DNA from: Candidatus Saccharimonadota bacterium
GTDB taxonomy: Bacteria; Pseudomonadota; Gammaproteobacteria; Enterobacterales; Enterobacteriaceae
Reading direction: 5' to 3'
DNA: 32,000 bases
Assembly (NCBI GenBank): GCA_041941795.1
Contig: CP145872.1
Coordinates: forward strand, 300,001 to 332,000
The notes below the pieces were generated by a model that was not told where the DNA came from, searched no databases, and saw only the letters and a list, made by a program, of their open reading frames with translations. The position numbers and the translations under genes were made by a program. Of the stretch, positions 9,595-21,296 are shown in pieces (the first letter of the stretch is position 1; every line of letters starts with the position of its first letter).

Positions 9595-11418
9595 TTAATC
9601 ATCATCCAGAAAACTTCGTAAAATATCTGCTCTACTGGGATGACGCAATTTGCGTAATGCTTTGGCCTCTATTTGGCGAATACGTTCTCGTGTAACAGAA
9701 AACTCTTTACCTACTTCTTCTAAAGTATGGTCTGTATTCATATTAATTCCAAAACGCATCCGTAATACTTTAGCTTCTCGAAATTTTAAATCAGTTAAAA
9801 TGTGAGCAGTAGCATCTCGTAAGTTGTCGTACGTAACACTCTCTAAAGGCATTTGAATATTAGTGTCTTCAATAAAATCTCCTAAATGAGAATCATCCTC
9901 ATCCCCAATGGGAGTTTCCATTGAAATAGGTTCTTTTGCAATTTTTAAAACCTTACGAATTTTATCTTGGGAAATTAACATTCGATCTGATAATTCTTCA
10001 GATGTCGGGTCTCGACCTATTTCCTGTAAAATCTTCCGCGACATTCTATTTAATTTATTGATAGTCTCAATCATATGTACTGGAATCCGTATAGTACGCG
10101 CTTGATCGGCTATAGATCTTGTTATAGCTTGTCGAATCCACCATGTAGCATAAGTTGAAAATTTATATCCCCGTCGATACTCAAATTTATCTACCGCTTT
10201 CATTAAACCAATATTGCCTTCCTGAATAAGATCCAAAAATTGGAGGCCTCTATTGGTATATTTCTTAGCTATTGAAATTACTAGACGCAAATTAGCTTCT
10301 ATCATTTCTTTCTTTGCTCTTCGGGCTTTTGCTTCCCCAATAGTCATCCTTCGATTGATCTCTTTTATCTTTTCAATACTTAAACCTGTTTCTTCTTCAA
10401 TTGTTACTAAAATTCTTAGACTTCTTACTATTTCACCCGCTACTTTATGTAAATTTTTTGACCATGGATCTTTTCTTAATAAGGCATTTTTTAACCAATT
10501 TTCATTACTTTCATTACCAGTAAATAAGGAAAGAAAAATTTTCTTAGGCATGTGACATTGATCTACACAAAGTTTCATAATTTTTCGTTCTTGCAAACGT
10601 ACTCGTTCTATCATGGAGCGCAGATTTTCTACTAATTGATTAAATACTTTAGGCATGAACCTAAATTGCCTAAACATTTGTGAAAGATATTTTATTTCTT
10701 GACCAGTATCACGATGATCTCGCCCCTTACTATTAATAATAGCGCAAGTTTTTTCATACTGATTCCTTAAGGAGTTAAATTTTTTACATGCCAATACGGG
10801 GTCAATATGATTTTCATTATCGGAATCTTCTTTTCTAACTTTGTCTTCAGAGGATAAGACCTCCGTAGTAATCCGAATATTTGCATGATATTTCACTATT
10901 TCACCAGCTTTCGGATTGCCAAAACCTATAATGAAATCACTAAGACGAATACCACTCCTGTTAAGATCCTGGTATTGGTCAAGAATGTATGAACTAGATC
11001 CAGGGTAGTCAGCAACTGAAGATTGTACTTGATTGAGACCGTCTTCAATGCGTTTAGCGAGATCTACTTCTCCTTGCCGTGTTAATAATTCTACACTACC
11101 CATTTCTCGCATATACATGCGAACGGGATCGGTAATACGACCTTCCCCTACACCCGATATTATTAAGTCGTTAGGTTGGTTATCTTCTGCATCTTCTTGC
11201 CTGGATGTACCCGAATTAAGTATTGGATCATCTATAACAGGTCTTTCTTCCATAACCGGAATACCCATATCATTAATTATTTTAACTGCCTCTATAACCT
11301 GATCTACATTGATAATTTCCGGCACAAGATAGTCATTGACTTCAGCATATGTTAAATATCCTTGTTCTCTACCTAGATTCACAAGAATCTTTATCTGCGA
11401 CTGCGAATTTTGATCCAT
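9595..11418 (-). CDS. rpoD: RNA polymerase sigma-70 factor RpoD
   Basis: 607 aa versus 613 aa in E. coli. Regions 2-4 are essentially identical ([79 protein letters not shown]...). The acidic non-conserved region is shortened. Confidence 0.97.
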   Translation of the reverse strand: MDQNSQSQIKILVNLGREQGYLTYAEVNDYLVPEIINVDQVIEAVKIINDMGIPVMEERPVIDDPILNSGTSRQEDAEDNQPNDLIISGVGEGRITDPVRMYMREMGSVELLTRQGEVDLAKRIEDGLNQVQSSVADYPGSSSYILDQYQDLNRSGIRLSDFIIGFGNPKAGEIVKYHANIRITTEVLSSEDKVRKEDSDNENHIDPVLACKKFNSLRNQYEKTCAIINSKGRDHRDTGQEIKYLSQMFRQFRFMPKVFNQLVENLRSMIERVRLQERKIMKLCVDQCHMPKKIFLSLFTGNESNENWLKNALLRKDPWSKNLHKVAGEIVRSLRILVTIEEETGLSIEKIKEINRRMTIGEAKARRAKKEMIEANLRLVISIAKKYTNRGLQFLDLIQEGNIGLMKAVDKFEYRRGYKFSTYATWWIRQAITRSIADQARTIRIPVHMIETINKLNRMSRKILQEIGRDPTSEELSDRMLISQDKIRKVLKIAKEPISMETPIGDEDDSHLGDFIEDTNIQMPLESVTYDNLRDATAHILTDLKFREAKVLRMRFGINMNTDHTLEEVGKEFSVTRERIRQIEAKALRKLRHPSRADILRSFLDDD

Positions 11419-11589
11419 AAGACGATACCCATCCTAAAGTTACTTGAAATGTTACTACAAAAAAAGATCTCATTGAGAAATGATTACTAATTATAAATAA
11501 AAAATATTTTTTGCACTTGTTCCTACCGATAATAATATCTCATCTTATCCTCTCTCCCCAAAAAATAACAGCCGGCAATTTTTTCATAT

Positions 11590-11985
11590 TTATTTTTTTG
11601 CTAATGCTTGGTTTAAATACCACAACTCATGTTTGTCTTCACTACTCAAACCTTGAGTTCGTTCTAACGCAATAAGTTTTTCTTGACGTTGTTCTAAAAC
11701 TAATTCATATATACTAGTAAGTAAATCCTGAAATGTTTTTTCTAAATGGGCATCATCAATCATGTGGTTCCAATGTGCTAATATTTCAAGAGTTTTTATT
11801 AAATTTGTATCTCTATATTGTTCTAGTAAATATCCCGTATTGATTTTCGGCTCAGCTTGACATTTTACTACTAGTTCTAAAAAAATATTCCATCCCTTCA
11901 GTTTTAACTGCTTTAAAAAAGTTAACTCCGGTACTAATAATGAAAAATGTGGATTTTGCACTAATAAACTGAGTAACACTCTCAT
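11590..11985 (-). CDS. dnaG: DNA primase, C-terminal DnaB-interacting domain, as a separate 131-aa ORF (split or frameshifted dnaG)
   Basis: MRVLLSLLVQNPHF...TQGLSSEDKHELWYLNQALAKK aligns with the last ~148 aa of recalled E. coli DnaG (...MRILIGLLVQNPEL...THGLSNEERLELWTLNQELAKK). Its ATG overlaps the upstream ORF's stop as ATGA. Confidence 0.85.
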   Translation of the reverse strand: MRVLLSLLVQNPHFSLLVPELTFLKQLKLKGWNIFLELVVKCQAEPKINTGYLLEQYRDTNLIKTLEILAHWNHMIDDAHLEKTFQDLLTSIYELVLEQRQEKLIALERTQGLSSEDKHELWYLNQALAKK

Positions 11986-13358
11986 TTTACTTCTTTTTTT
12001 TTGACATATAATTCGCGAGGATAGGGCATAACTGGTCCTCTCTGAAGAGATAATAATTTCAAGATTCTATAATCTAATAGACCTAATTTTTGAAATAATC
12101 TATATCGTATAGAAAGACGGATTATTTGACTAGGAATCTTATCAATTAAGGGTCTTATGAGAGTAAGAAGTTTAGCTTTTCCTTCCGGACTAGAAATATC
12201 TACCTGTTTTAAGAAAGTTTTAAACATAAATTCGGAGAGAGATAGAGCACATAATATTCTTTTTTCAAAAAGAATTTTTCCTTCTTTACGGATTAAACTA
12301 TCCGGATCTTCTCCTTCCGGTAAAAACATAAAACTTATTTGTCTTCCGTCTAACATATATGTTAAGGATTTATTAAGTACTTTCCAAGCAGCTTGCCGAC
12401 CCGCATTATCTCCATCATAACAATAAATAACATTATCAGTATTACGGAATAAAAGTTGAATGTGATCTATTGATGTACTCGTTCCTAAGGAAGAAACCGT
12501 ATAATAAATTCCATTCTGTACTAAAGAAATTACATCCATATAACCTTCTACCACTAACACTTTAAAAGGTCTAGGACATTTTTTCTGTAGTTCATAGAGA
12601 CCATATAGTTGATGGCCTTTATTAAAAATATTTGTAGTAGGCGAATTTAAATACTTAGGATTAGAGTATTTTAGGCTTCGACCTCCAAAACCCATAACTC
12701 TACCTCTTTTATCCCGAATTGGAAACATGATACGATTTCTAAAAAAATCATTTATTTCTTTCTGATAAAATCCTAAAATGCCTATTTCTTTTAATAACTT
12801 ATGATCCTGAGGATAATAATGATCAAAATATTCTTTCAGTGTACTTCCACTACCGGGAGCAAAACCTAAAGCAAATTCTTTAATTATTTTATAATTTATT
12901 CCTCTATTAGCTAAATATTCTCTAGCCTGTAAGGCATTGATAGTTTTATCCCATAAATATTTTTGATATAAATCACATATTATTTTCAGTATGTTAAATA
13001 AATATTCTCTCCGCTGAATTGTAAGAATAGATAAATTACTAGATTCGTATGGAATTTTAAAACCATAAATAGTTGCTAATTCTTCAATGCTTTCAACAAA
13101 ATTTAAATTTTCCCAATTCATTATAAAATCAATGACATTTCCATGCTTGCCACATCCAAAACAATAAAATAATTGTTTTTCTCTACTCACTGTGAAAGAA
13201 GGATGTTGATCATTGTGAAAAGGACAACACGAACGATAATTTTTTCCTATTTTTTTTAAAGGTAAATTAGAGTGGATTAGTTCTACTATATCTATATGAG
13301 TTATTAAATTTTTAATGAATGTATATGGAATATATCTACCCATTGACTGACTCTTCAT
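11982..13358 (-). CDS. dnaG: DNA primase, N-terminal part (zinc-binding and TOPRIM/RNA polymerase domains), terminating prematurely after the A9 run
   Basis: Collinear blocks with E. coli DnaG include CCPFHN...PSFTV, CFGCG.HGN.IDF, FR.R.MFPIRDKRGRV.GFGGR, KYLNSP.T.IF.KG.QLYGLYE, VVEGYMDV and CYDGD.AGR.AAW. It ends ...LYVKKKEVK*, about 130 aa short of full length. The ATG at 13343 (MGRYIPYTF versus E. coli MAGRIPRVF) is an alternative start. Confidence 0.9.
   Translation of the reverse strand: MKSQSMGRYIPYTFIKNLITHIDIVELIHSNLPLKKIGKNYRSCCPFHNDQHPSFTVSREKQLFYCFGCGKHGNVIDFIMNWENLNFVESIEELATIYGFKIPYESSNLSILTIQRREYLFNILKIICDLYQKYLWDKTINALQAREYLANRGINYKIIKEFALGFAPGSGSTLKEYFDHYYPQDHKLLKEIGILGFYQKEINDFFRNRIMFPIRDKRGRVMGFGGRSLKYSNPKYLNSPTTNIFNKGHQLYGLYELQKKCPRPFKVLVVEGYMDVISLVQNGIYYTVSSLGTSTSIDHIQLLFRNTDNVIYCYDGDNAGRQAAWKVLNKSLTYMLDGRQISFMFLPEGEDPDSLIRKEGKILFEKRILCALSLSEFMFKTFLKQVDISSPEGKAKLLTLIRPLIDKIPSQIIRLSIRYRLFQKLGLLDYRILKLLSLQRGPVMPYPRELYVKKKEVK
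11994..12002 (-). other. A9 homopolymer (slippery run A AAA AAA AAG) at the dnaG frame break
   Basis: The plus strand shows T9 at 11994..12002. On the coding strand this reads GTC AAA AAA AAA GAA GTA AAA TGA. Confidence 0.9.
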
Positions 13359-13433
13359 GCAGAATTAATCTGCTCTCATAAAAATATGATGATTCAATTT
13401 TTATTGATAAACTTTATATAAATAATTATAATT

Positions 13434-13646
13434 TTATTTATGTATACGTCGTGATTGTTGCCGAGCTAATTTCTTAGCCAGTCGTTTAATGGCAGATGCT
13501 TTTTCACGTTTCCGTTGAGTAGTAGGTTTTTCATAAAACTCTCTCCGTCGGACTTCTGCCAAAATTCCGGCTTTCTCGCAGGAACGTTTGAAACGTCTAA
13601 GCGATACATCGAATGGTTCATTATCGCGAACTATTATAATGGGCAT
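13434..13646 (-). CDS. rpsU: 30S ribosomal protein S21
   Basis: [52 protein letters not shown]... is near-identical to E. coli S21. I prefer the ATG at 13646 (AGGGAG 5 nt upstream) over the GTG at 13652 used by the track. Confidence 0.95.
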   Translation of the reverse strand: MPIIIVRDNEPFDVSLRRFKRSCEKAGILAEVRRREFYEKPTTQRKREKASAIKRLAKKLARQQSRRIHK

Positions 13647-13679
13647 AATCACTCCCTAAATCATAGAACTGTAATCGTT

Positions 13680-13708
13680 ATTTTACTTAAAAAATCCTGA
13701 CATGTAAA
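13680..13708 (-). promoter_or_regulatory. Candidate sigma-70 promoter of the rpsU-dnaG-rpoD operon
   Basis: The minus strand reads TTTACA, a 17-nt spacer, then TAAAAT, each element 5/6 to consensus. It lies about 35 nt upstream of the rpsU start. Confidence 0.4.
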
Positions 13709-13742
13709 GTGTAAAGTTAAGCTTGGTGGAGTAAATATTGTT

Positions 13743-14747
13743 GTGAGGGTCCTAGGAATTGAAACATCCTGTGATGAAACAGGAGTAGCCATTTATGATG
13801 AAAAAGACGGTTTATTAATTAATAAAGTTTATAGCCAAATGTTACTGCATGCCACTTATGGCGGTGTAGTTCCTGAATTAGCGGCTAGGAATCATATTAA
13901 AAAAATTGTTCCATTAATTAAGTCTCTCTTAAAAGAGACCACATTAAGTATACGAGACATTAATGGTATTGCTTACACTGTAGGACCTGGTTTATCCGGA
14001 TCCTTATTAGTAGGATCCAGTTTTGGACGTTCATTAGCATTTGCTTTAGATATTCCCGCTTTACCCATAAATCATCTGGAAGGACATATATTTACGCCCT
14101 TTATTGACAATAATCATCCTATTTTTCCTTTTGTATCATTACTAATTTCCGGAAGCCATACATTATTAGTTAATGTTCTAAAATTAGGAAGCTATCAATT
14201 ATTAGGACAAACAATTGATGATGCAGTAGGAGAAGCCTTTGATAAAATCGCTCACTTATTAGGATTAGAATATCCGGGAGGATCTAAATTATCTCATTTA
14301 GCCCATCAGGGTAGAAAGGATCGTTTTACTCTTCCGCGACCTTTGATTAATCGTCCTGGTTTAGATTTTAGTTTTTCAGGATTAAAAACTTATACTGCTA
14401 ATTTAGTTCAAAAAGAAAACAATGATATTCAAACACAAGCCGATATAGCTCGTGCTTTTGAAGATGCGGTTATAGATTCATTGTTAATTAAAAGTCAAAG
14501 AGCACTAGAGTTCACTAAAATAAATCAATTAGTAATTGTAGGGGGTGTGAGTGCCAATAGTCATTTGAGATCCAGTTTTAATAAGTTATTTGATTCTAAA
14601 AATATTCTTTATGCTCATCCGGAATTATGTACCGATAATGGCGCTATGATAGCTTATGCAGGATTTCTCAGATTAAAAAATGGTGAACAATATCAAGAAT
14701 TAACAATTAATGTTAATCCACGGTGGTCAATAAATAACTTATTTTAA
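13743..14747 (+). CDS. tsaD: tRNA N6-threonylcarbamoyladenosine (t6A) synthesis protein TsaD (YgjD/Gcp)
   Basis: MRVLGIETSCDETGVAIYD..., GGVVPELA, GPGL.G.LLVG, GEAFDK.A.LLGL.YPGG and CTDNGAMIAYAG are collinear with E. coli TsaD. The start codon is GTG. It is divergent from rpsU as in E. coli. Confidence 0.95.
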   Translation: MRVLGIETSCDETGVAIYDEKDGLLINKVYSQMLLHATYGGVVPELAARNHIKKIVPLIKSLLKETTLSIRDINGIAYTVGPGLSGSLLVGSSFGRSLAFALDIPALPINHLEGHIFTPFIDNNHPIFPFVSLLISGSHTLLVNVLKLGSYQLLGQTIDDAVGEAFDKIAHLLGLEYPGGSKLSHLAHQGRKDRFTLPRPLINRPGLDFSFSGLKTYTANLVQKENNDIQTQADIARAFEDAVIDSLLIKSQRALEFTKINQLVIVGGVSANSHLRSSFNKLFDSKNILYAHPELCTDNGAMIAYAGFLRLKNGEQYQELTINVNPRWSINNLF

Positions 14748-14772
14748 TAAAATTTTTTGATAAAGATCCGGG

Positions 14773-16035
14773 TTATATATCTTTTTTCCAAAATTTTATA
14801 GCTTCACACCGTCGTCGATCTAATTCTTTATGAATCTCAGATCCTTCATATCCATCTTGAATCACTTGTTTTACAGATACCTGACTCGCTAAAAGAAAGA
14901 TCTTGCGGAGATAATTGATCTGTGGATAGTCTTCTAAAATCAAAGGACATTGCCGATCGTAATTTACCGCTTGACTTACCGCCGCAATCTGACTAAGACG
15001 TTGAGGTTTACGCCATGCATCAATTTTATTAAATAATGTAATTATAGAATTAGATTCTACTCCCTCTATTTGATGTACTAAAAAATTCCATTTATTGGCT
15101 AGTAAAGCAAAATTTCGTAAACATTTTGGTACTCGTAAACGCTGACAGAATTGTTCTACTAATTGCAGTTTTTCTAGTGTGGATATGTGTTGCAACTGTA
15201 AGTCAGTACTTCTCTTATTAGAAATAAGATAATTTTTTGCGCTCACCAGTTGGCCTACATCATGACATAAAGAAGCAAAACGTACTTCCAAGTGGGTACT
15301 AATCCTGACTGCCAGGGACAATGACAACAGAGGATGACCAGTAATATTATTATTTAACAAATGTTTTTCCGGATTAGCATTGATATTAATTTGGTACAAA
15401 GTATCAATTTCAGGAAAAATAGAGGATAAAGCATGACATTCTCGAAGTATCTGAAAATATAAAATCGGATTACGAGAACGCAAAGAAATTTCTGTCTCTT
15501 TCCAAACTCTTTCAGCTGATAAGTAATTTAAATCCCCACTTGCGGACATAGAACGCATTAGAGTTAGTGTTTCCGGCGCTATCTGAAAATTAAGATAGTC
15601 ATAACAGGCTGCAAAACGTGCTACTCGTAACACTCGTAATGGATCTTCACTAAAAGCATTTGAAATATGTCGAAGTCGGCGATGAAAAATATCATTACTT
15701 CCATTAAATGGATCATAATATTTGCCCTGTGCATCACATGCAATAGCATTAATAGTTAGATCTCTTCTGTAAAGATCTTGTTCTAATGTAATATCTGGCG
15801 ATGTATAACAGGTAAATCCTCTATATCCCCTTCCAGATTTTTTTTCTGTACGAGCCAACGCATATTCTTCTCCGCTAATGGGATGTAAAAAAACCGGAAA
15901 ATCTTTTCCTACTGGTTTAAATCCTTGTTTTATCAATTCTTCGGGTGTCGATCCAATAATTATCCAATCTTTATCTTTGAGAGGAAGATTTAGTAATCTA
16001 TCGCGTACAGCTCCTCCTACCAGGAAAATTTTCAT
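14773..16035 (-). CDS. cca: CCA-adding tRNA nucleotidyltransferase
   Basis: MKIFLVGGAVRDRLLNLPLKDKDWIIIG, VGKDFPVFLHP, EYALARTE.KSG.GY.GF, RRDLTINA, EDPLRVLRVARFAA and IDAWRKPQR are collinear with E. coli Cca. I prefer the ATG at 16035 (matching E. coli MKIYLVGG) over the upstream GTG at 16059. Confidence 0.92.
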   Translation of the reverse strand: MKIFLVGGAVRDRLLNLPLKDKDWIIIGSTPEELIKQGFKPVGKDFPVFLHPISGEEYALARTEKKSGRGYRGFTCYTSPDITLEQDLYRRDLTINAIACDAQGKYYDPFNGSNDIFHRRLRHISNAFSEDPLRVLRVARFAACYDYLNFQIAPETLTLMRSMSASGDLNYLSAERVWKETEISLRSRNPILYFQILRECHALSSIFPEIDTLYQININANPEKHLLNNNITGHPLLSLSLAVRISTHLEVRFASLCHDVGQLVSAKNYLISNKRSTDLQLQHISTLEKLQLVEQFCQRLRVPKCLRNFALLANKWNFLVHQIEGVESNSIITLFNKIDAWRKPQRLSQIAAVSQAVNYDRQCPLILEDYPQINYLRKIFLLASQVSVKQVIQDGYEGSEIHKELDRRRCEAIKFWKKDI

Positions 16036-16277
16036 TAATACACGTCCTTTTTTTTTCACGCATATTATATATAATATGTATTATACATCAAAAGTAATGT
16101 TGTAGTATGGTAGTTATTTCGAAGTTGTAAGAAATCACAGAACTAGGATAAAAAAATATCCTTGTGATTATTTAAAGTACTTAAATTGACTGTAGTATGA
16201 AAAATACGTATCGCTGCAAGCTAAAAATATGAAAAAATTAAAAAACATAATATTTCTCTGAATGTAAAAGGATAACT

Positions 16278-16931
16278 ATGAATTATACACCAATCACCAA
16301 TAAATTAGGACTAGTACAATCTAAAGAACGAGTGGAGAGTGTTATAACTGCGTTACGCTCGGGACATGGCGTAATTGTGTTAGATGATGAAGATCGCGAA
16401 AATGAAGCGGACATGATTTTTGTAGCCGCTACCATGACGGTTCAACAAATGGCATTAGCTATTCGTCATGGTAGCGGAATAGTCTGTTTATGCATTACCG
16501 AGCAACGACGACAAGAATTATGTTTACCAATGATGGTAGAAAAAAATACTAGTATTTATGGTAACAGTTTTACTGTTTCTATAGAAGCTGCGCAAGGAGT
16601 AACAACTGGTGTTTCAGCACAAGATAGAATTACTACTATACGCACAGCAATAGCGGAAAATACTACTCCTGAAGATTTACGACGTCCCGGACATATCTTT
16701 CCATTGCGCGCCGTTGAGGGGGGTATTATAGAACGTCAAGGACATACAGAAGCTACTATAGAACTAGTAACTTTAGCTGGATTTAAACCAGCGGGTGTTT
16801 TATGCGAACTTACTAATGATGATGGAACTATGGCACAAACTACGGATATAATTTCTTTTTCAAAGAAACATCACATGCCAGTTGTGACCATTAACGATAT
16901 ATTAAATTTTTGCTATTTGAATAAAAATTAA
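16278..16931 (+). CDS. ribB: 3,4-dihydroxy-2-butanone 4-phosphate synthase
   Basis: 217 aa, the same length as in E. coli. Collinear blocks include [47 protein letters not shown] and [29 protein letters not shown]. Confidence 0.95.
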   Translation: MNYTPITNKLGLVQSKERVESVITALRSGHGVIVLDDEDRENEADMIFVAATMTVQQMALAIRHGSGIVCLCITEQRRQELCLPMMVEKNTSIYGNSFTVSIEAAQGVTTGVSAQDRITTIRTAIAENTTPEDLRRPGHIFPLRAVEGGIIERQGHTEATIELVTLAGFKPAGVLCELTNDDGTMAQTTDIISFSKKHHMPVVTINDILNFCYLNKN

Positions 16932-16995
16932 AATTGTTATTTTAAAAATATCTTTCTTACTACTTATTAGTAAAACAGATATTTGTCTACTAATA

Positions 16996-17424
16996 TTATT
17001 TTTTACGACGCATAAACTCTATAACTCGTAGTTTAGCAATTTCTTTAGCTAATTTAACTGCGATTAAATTATTTAAATTACGTGGCTGTATAGTCTTCTC
17101 TATACATTGTTCAGCTTCTGCCTTTGCCGCTAAAGCTCTGGATTCATCGAGCTCATCTCCTCGTATGGCTGTATCAGCTAATACAGTAATTATCTTCGGA
17201 TATACTTCGAGAATCCCACCAGAAATATAAATAATTTCCTCCGTAAGAGGAGGATTATTACAATAAATTTGTAGCATTCCTGGTTTAATAGTAGTCAGCA
17301 GAGGTAAGTGACCAGGGTAAATTCCTAATAATCCTTCACTTCCAGTTACCAGTAGTTTTTGTATTGATCCCAAAAATAGTTTTTGTTCTGGAGTAACCAC
17401 TACTAATTGACATTGAGTTATCAT
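16996..17424 (-). CDS. atpC: ATP synthase F1 epsilon subunit
   Basis: VTGSEG.LGIYPGH.PLLT.IKPGM, SGGILEV.P and VLADTAIRG match E. coli AtpC. It is the last gene of a canonical atpBEFHAGDC operon. Confidence 0.95.
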   Translation of the reverse strand: MITQCQLVVVTPEQKLFLGSIQKLLVTGSEGLLGIYPGHLPLLTTIKPGMLQIYCNNPPLTEEIIYISGGILEVYPKIITVLADTAIRGDELDESRALAAKAEAEQCIEKTIQPRNLNNLIAVKLAKEIAKLRVIEFMRRKK

Positions 17425-17433
17425 AAATTTATT

Positions 17434-18840
<1,407 letters not shown>

Positions 18841-19704
18841 CTATACAGCTGCTGCTCCTGCCACAATTTCAGTCAATTCCTGAGTAATAGTATTCTGACG
18901 TATATTATTATATACTAATTGTATTTCTTTAATCATACGTCCTATATTATCAGTAGCTGTTTTCATAGCTATCATCCGAGCTACTTGTTCACTCATCAAG
19001 TTTTCTAATACTTTTTGATATATTTGTGATTCAATATAACGTTGTAATAATATATTTATTAATAATTTAGCTTCAGGTTCATATATATAATCCCCTCTTT
19101 TTTTTACGTTTTGTTCTATAATGGGGACAGGTAGAATGCGCATAATATGAGGCACTTGAGATATAACATTTATAAACTTATTATACACTAGATAAACTCG
19201 GTCTAATCTTTTTTCTTCGTAGGCCTGTAAGAGTATCTTTAGAGGTCCAATAATCTCTGTCAATAATGGCGAGGTTCCTAACTTAGGTAATTGTGCTAGA
19301 ATTCGAGCTTCGGGTACCGATCTGAAAAATGTTACTCCTTTGGTACCAATGATTACTAAATCACAACTTATTTCCTGATCACGCCATTTTTTAATATCTT
19401 TTAGTAATTTTCGAAATAAGTTATTATTCATTCCTCCACAAAGTCCACGATCAGTAGAAATCAATAAGTATCCAATTGCTTTTTTAGGTTGTCGTTTTTC
19501 TAAATACAAATGTTTATACTCTAAACTGCTTAGGTGCAGATGATTAATTACTTTCTGGATACTATCTACATACGGAACACTTTTATTCATGCGTTCTTGC
19601 ATTTTTCGTTTCTTAGAAGCTGCAATCATTTCCATAGCTTTAGTAATTTTTTGCATGTTTTTTATGGCCAAAATTTTAGTACGTATGTTTATTAAACTAG
19701 GCAT
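18841..19704 (-). CDS. atpG: ATP synthase F1 gamma subunit
   Basis: 287 aa, as in E. coli. Matching blocks include [25 protein letters not shown] and [14 protein letters not shown]. Confidence 0.96.
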   Translation of the reverse strand: MPSLINIRTKILAIKNMQKITKAMEMIAASKKRKMQERMNKSVPYVDSIQKVINHLHLSSLEYKHLYLEKRQPKKAIGYLLISTDRGLCGGMNNNLFRKLLKDIKKWRDQEISCDLVIIGTKGVTFFRSVPEARILAQLPKLGTSPLLTEIIGPLKILLQAYEEKRLDRVYLVYNKFINVISQVPHIMRILPVPIIEQNVKKRGDYIYEPEAKLLINILLQRYIESQIYQKVLENLMSEQVARMIAMKTATDNIGRMIKEIQLVYNNIRQNTITQELTEIVAGAAAV

Positions 19705-19729
19705 CTAATGTTCCCATGAAAATTTTTTC

Positions 19730-21283
19730 TTATCCAAAATACAAAGATTGAAATTCTTTAATGATAAATTTCAGTTTCTTTATAAGAAGCTCATTATAAC
19801 TTCCAGTGTCATTTATTTCCTGTATCAAATTTTGATTATTTTGATCTACATAATCTAATAATGCATCTTCAAAATTTTTGATTTTAGAAGTTTCTATGTT
19901 ATCCATATAACCATTTTCTACCGCAAATAATACTATCGCTTGTTTAGCTATACTCATGGGATGAAACTGTGGTTGTTTTAAGAGTTCTGTTAACTTCTTC
20001 CCATAGTTAATTCTCTTACGTGTTTCTTCATCAAGATCGGAACTAAATTGTGAAAATGCCGCAAGTTCATGGTATTGAGCTAATGAAGTTCTGATTCCTC
20101 GGCCTAAATACTTTAAAATGGGAGTCTGTGCCGCACTTCCCACACGAGAGACAGATATTCCTGGATTTACGGCGGGTCGAATACCTATATGAAATAAATT
20201 AGATTCCAAAAATATTTGTCCATCAGTAATGGAAATAACATTTGTGGGAACAAAAGAGGAGACATCTCCGGCTTGAGTTTCAATAATAGGTAAAGCCGTC
20301 AGAGAACCCGTTTTATTTTTTACTTGACCCTTAGTAAAAGCTTTAACATAATCAGCATTTACACGGGCGGATCTTTCTAATAAGCGAGCATGTAAGTAAA
20401 AAATATCACCTGGAAAAGCTTCTCTTCCCGGTGGACGTCGCAATAATAATGAAATCTGACGATATGCTATAGCTTGCTTAGACAAATCATCATAAATGAT
20501 TAATGCATCTTCACCTCGATTGCGAAAAAATTCCCCCATGGTACATCCTGCATAAGGGGCCAGATATTGTAATACAGCGGAATCAGAAGCAAAGGATGCT
20601 ACTACTATCGTATAATCTAACGCGTTATTTTCTTCTAACTTTTGTACTACGTTTACTACTGTAGAAGCCTTTTGACCTACTGCAACATATACACATTTAA
20701 TTCCGGAATCTCGTTGATTAATAATCGTATCAAGTGCAAGAGACGTTTTACCAGTTTGACGATCACCAATAATTAATTCTCGTTGTCCTCTTCCGATAGG
20801 AATCATAGTATCAATTATCTTATAACCTGTTTGAATAGGTTCTGTGATCGCTTGTCGTTCAATTACTCCAGGAGCTTCTGTTTCTATAGCAGCAAACATT
20901 TCAGATTGGAGAGATCCTTTACCATCTACTGGTTCTCCTAAGGGATTGATTATTCGTCCTAAGAGAGCTCTTCCAATGGGTACTTCTAATAATCGTCCAG
21001 TACTCTGGACTTTCATGCCTTCTCGCAGATCCGTGTATGGTCCTAGGACCACTGCTCCCACACAATCTCGTTCCAAATTTAAAGTAATTGCATAACGTTT
21101 ATTATTATGTGCTCCTGGTATCGCAATCATTTCACCTTGCATAACATTACTTAAACCGTATATTTTTATAATTCCATCACTGACTGTTAAAATTGTTCCT
21201 TCATTATAAATATCACTTACAATATTAAAATTAGATATACGTTTTTTAATAAGTTCACTTATTTCTGTAGAATGTATTTTCAT
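19730..21283 (-). CDS. atpA: ATP synthase F1 alpha subunit
   Basis: GDRQTGKT (Walker A) is present. There are long identical blocks with E. coli AtpA ([50 protein letters not shown]). Confidence 0.97.
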   Translation of the reverse strand: MKIHSTEISELIKKRISNFNIVSDIYNEGTILTVSDGIIKIYGLSNVMQGEMIAIPGAHNNKRYAITLNLERDCVGAVVLGPYTDLREGMKVQSTGRLLEVPIGRALLGRIINPLGEPVDGKGSLQSEMFAAIETEAPGVIERQAITEPIQTGYKIIDTMIPIGRGQRELIIGDRQTGKTSLALDTIINQRDSGIKCVYVAVGQKASTVVNVVQKLEENNALDYTIVVASFASDSAVLQYLAPYAGCTMGEFFRNRGEDALIIYDDLSKQAIAYRQISLLLRRPPGREAFPGDIFYLHARLLERSARVNADYVKAFTKGQVKNKTGSLTALPIIETQAGDVSSFVPTNVISITDGQIFLESNLFHIGIRPAVNPGISVSRVGSAAQTPILKYLGRGIRTSLAQYHELAAFSQFSSDLDEETRKRINYGKKLTELLKQPQFHPMSIAKQAIVLFAVENGYMDNIETSKIKNFEDALLDYVDQNNQNLIQEINDTGSYNELLIKKLKFIIKEFQSLYFG

Positions 21284-21296
21284 ATTGCTCGCTTTC

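Noticed and set aside
9492-9695. 67-aa ORF overlapping tRNA-Ile2 and the rpoD 3' end.
   Set aside because: It covers the antisense strand of a tRNA gene and of rpoD, with no independent coding signal.
16036-16277. Search for an FMN riboswitch upstream of ribB, and for structured RNA leaders upstream of rplK (28597..28654) and rplJ (29809..29923).
   Set aside because: No conserved core sequences were recognisable by eye. The L1 and L10 autoregulatory leaders may exist, but I cannot support them without covariance-model searches, so none is annotated.
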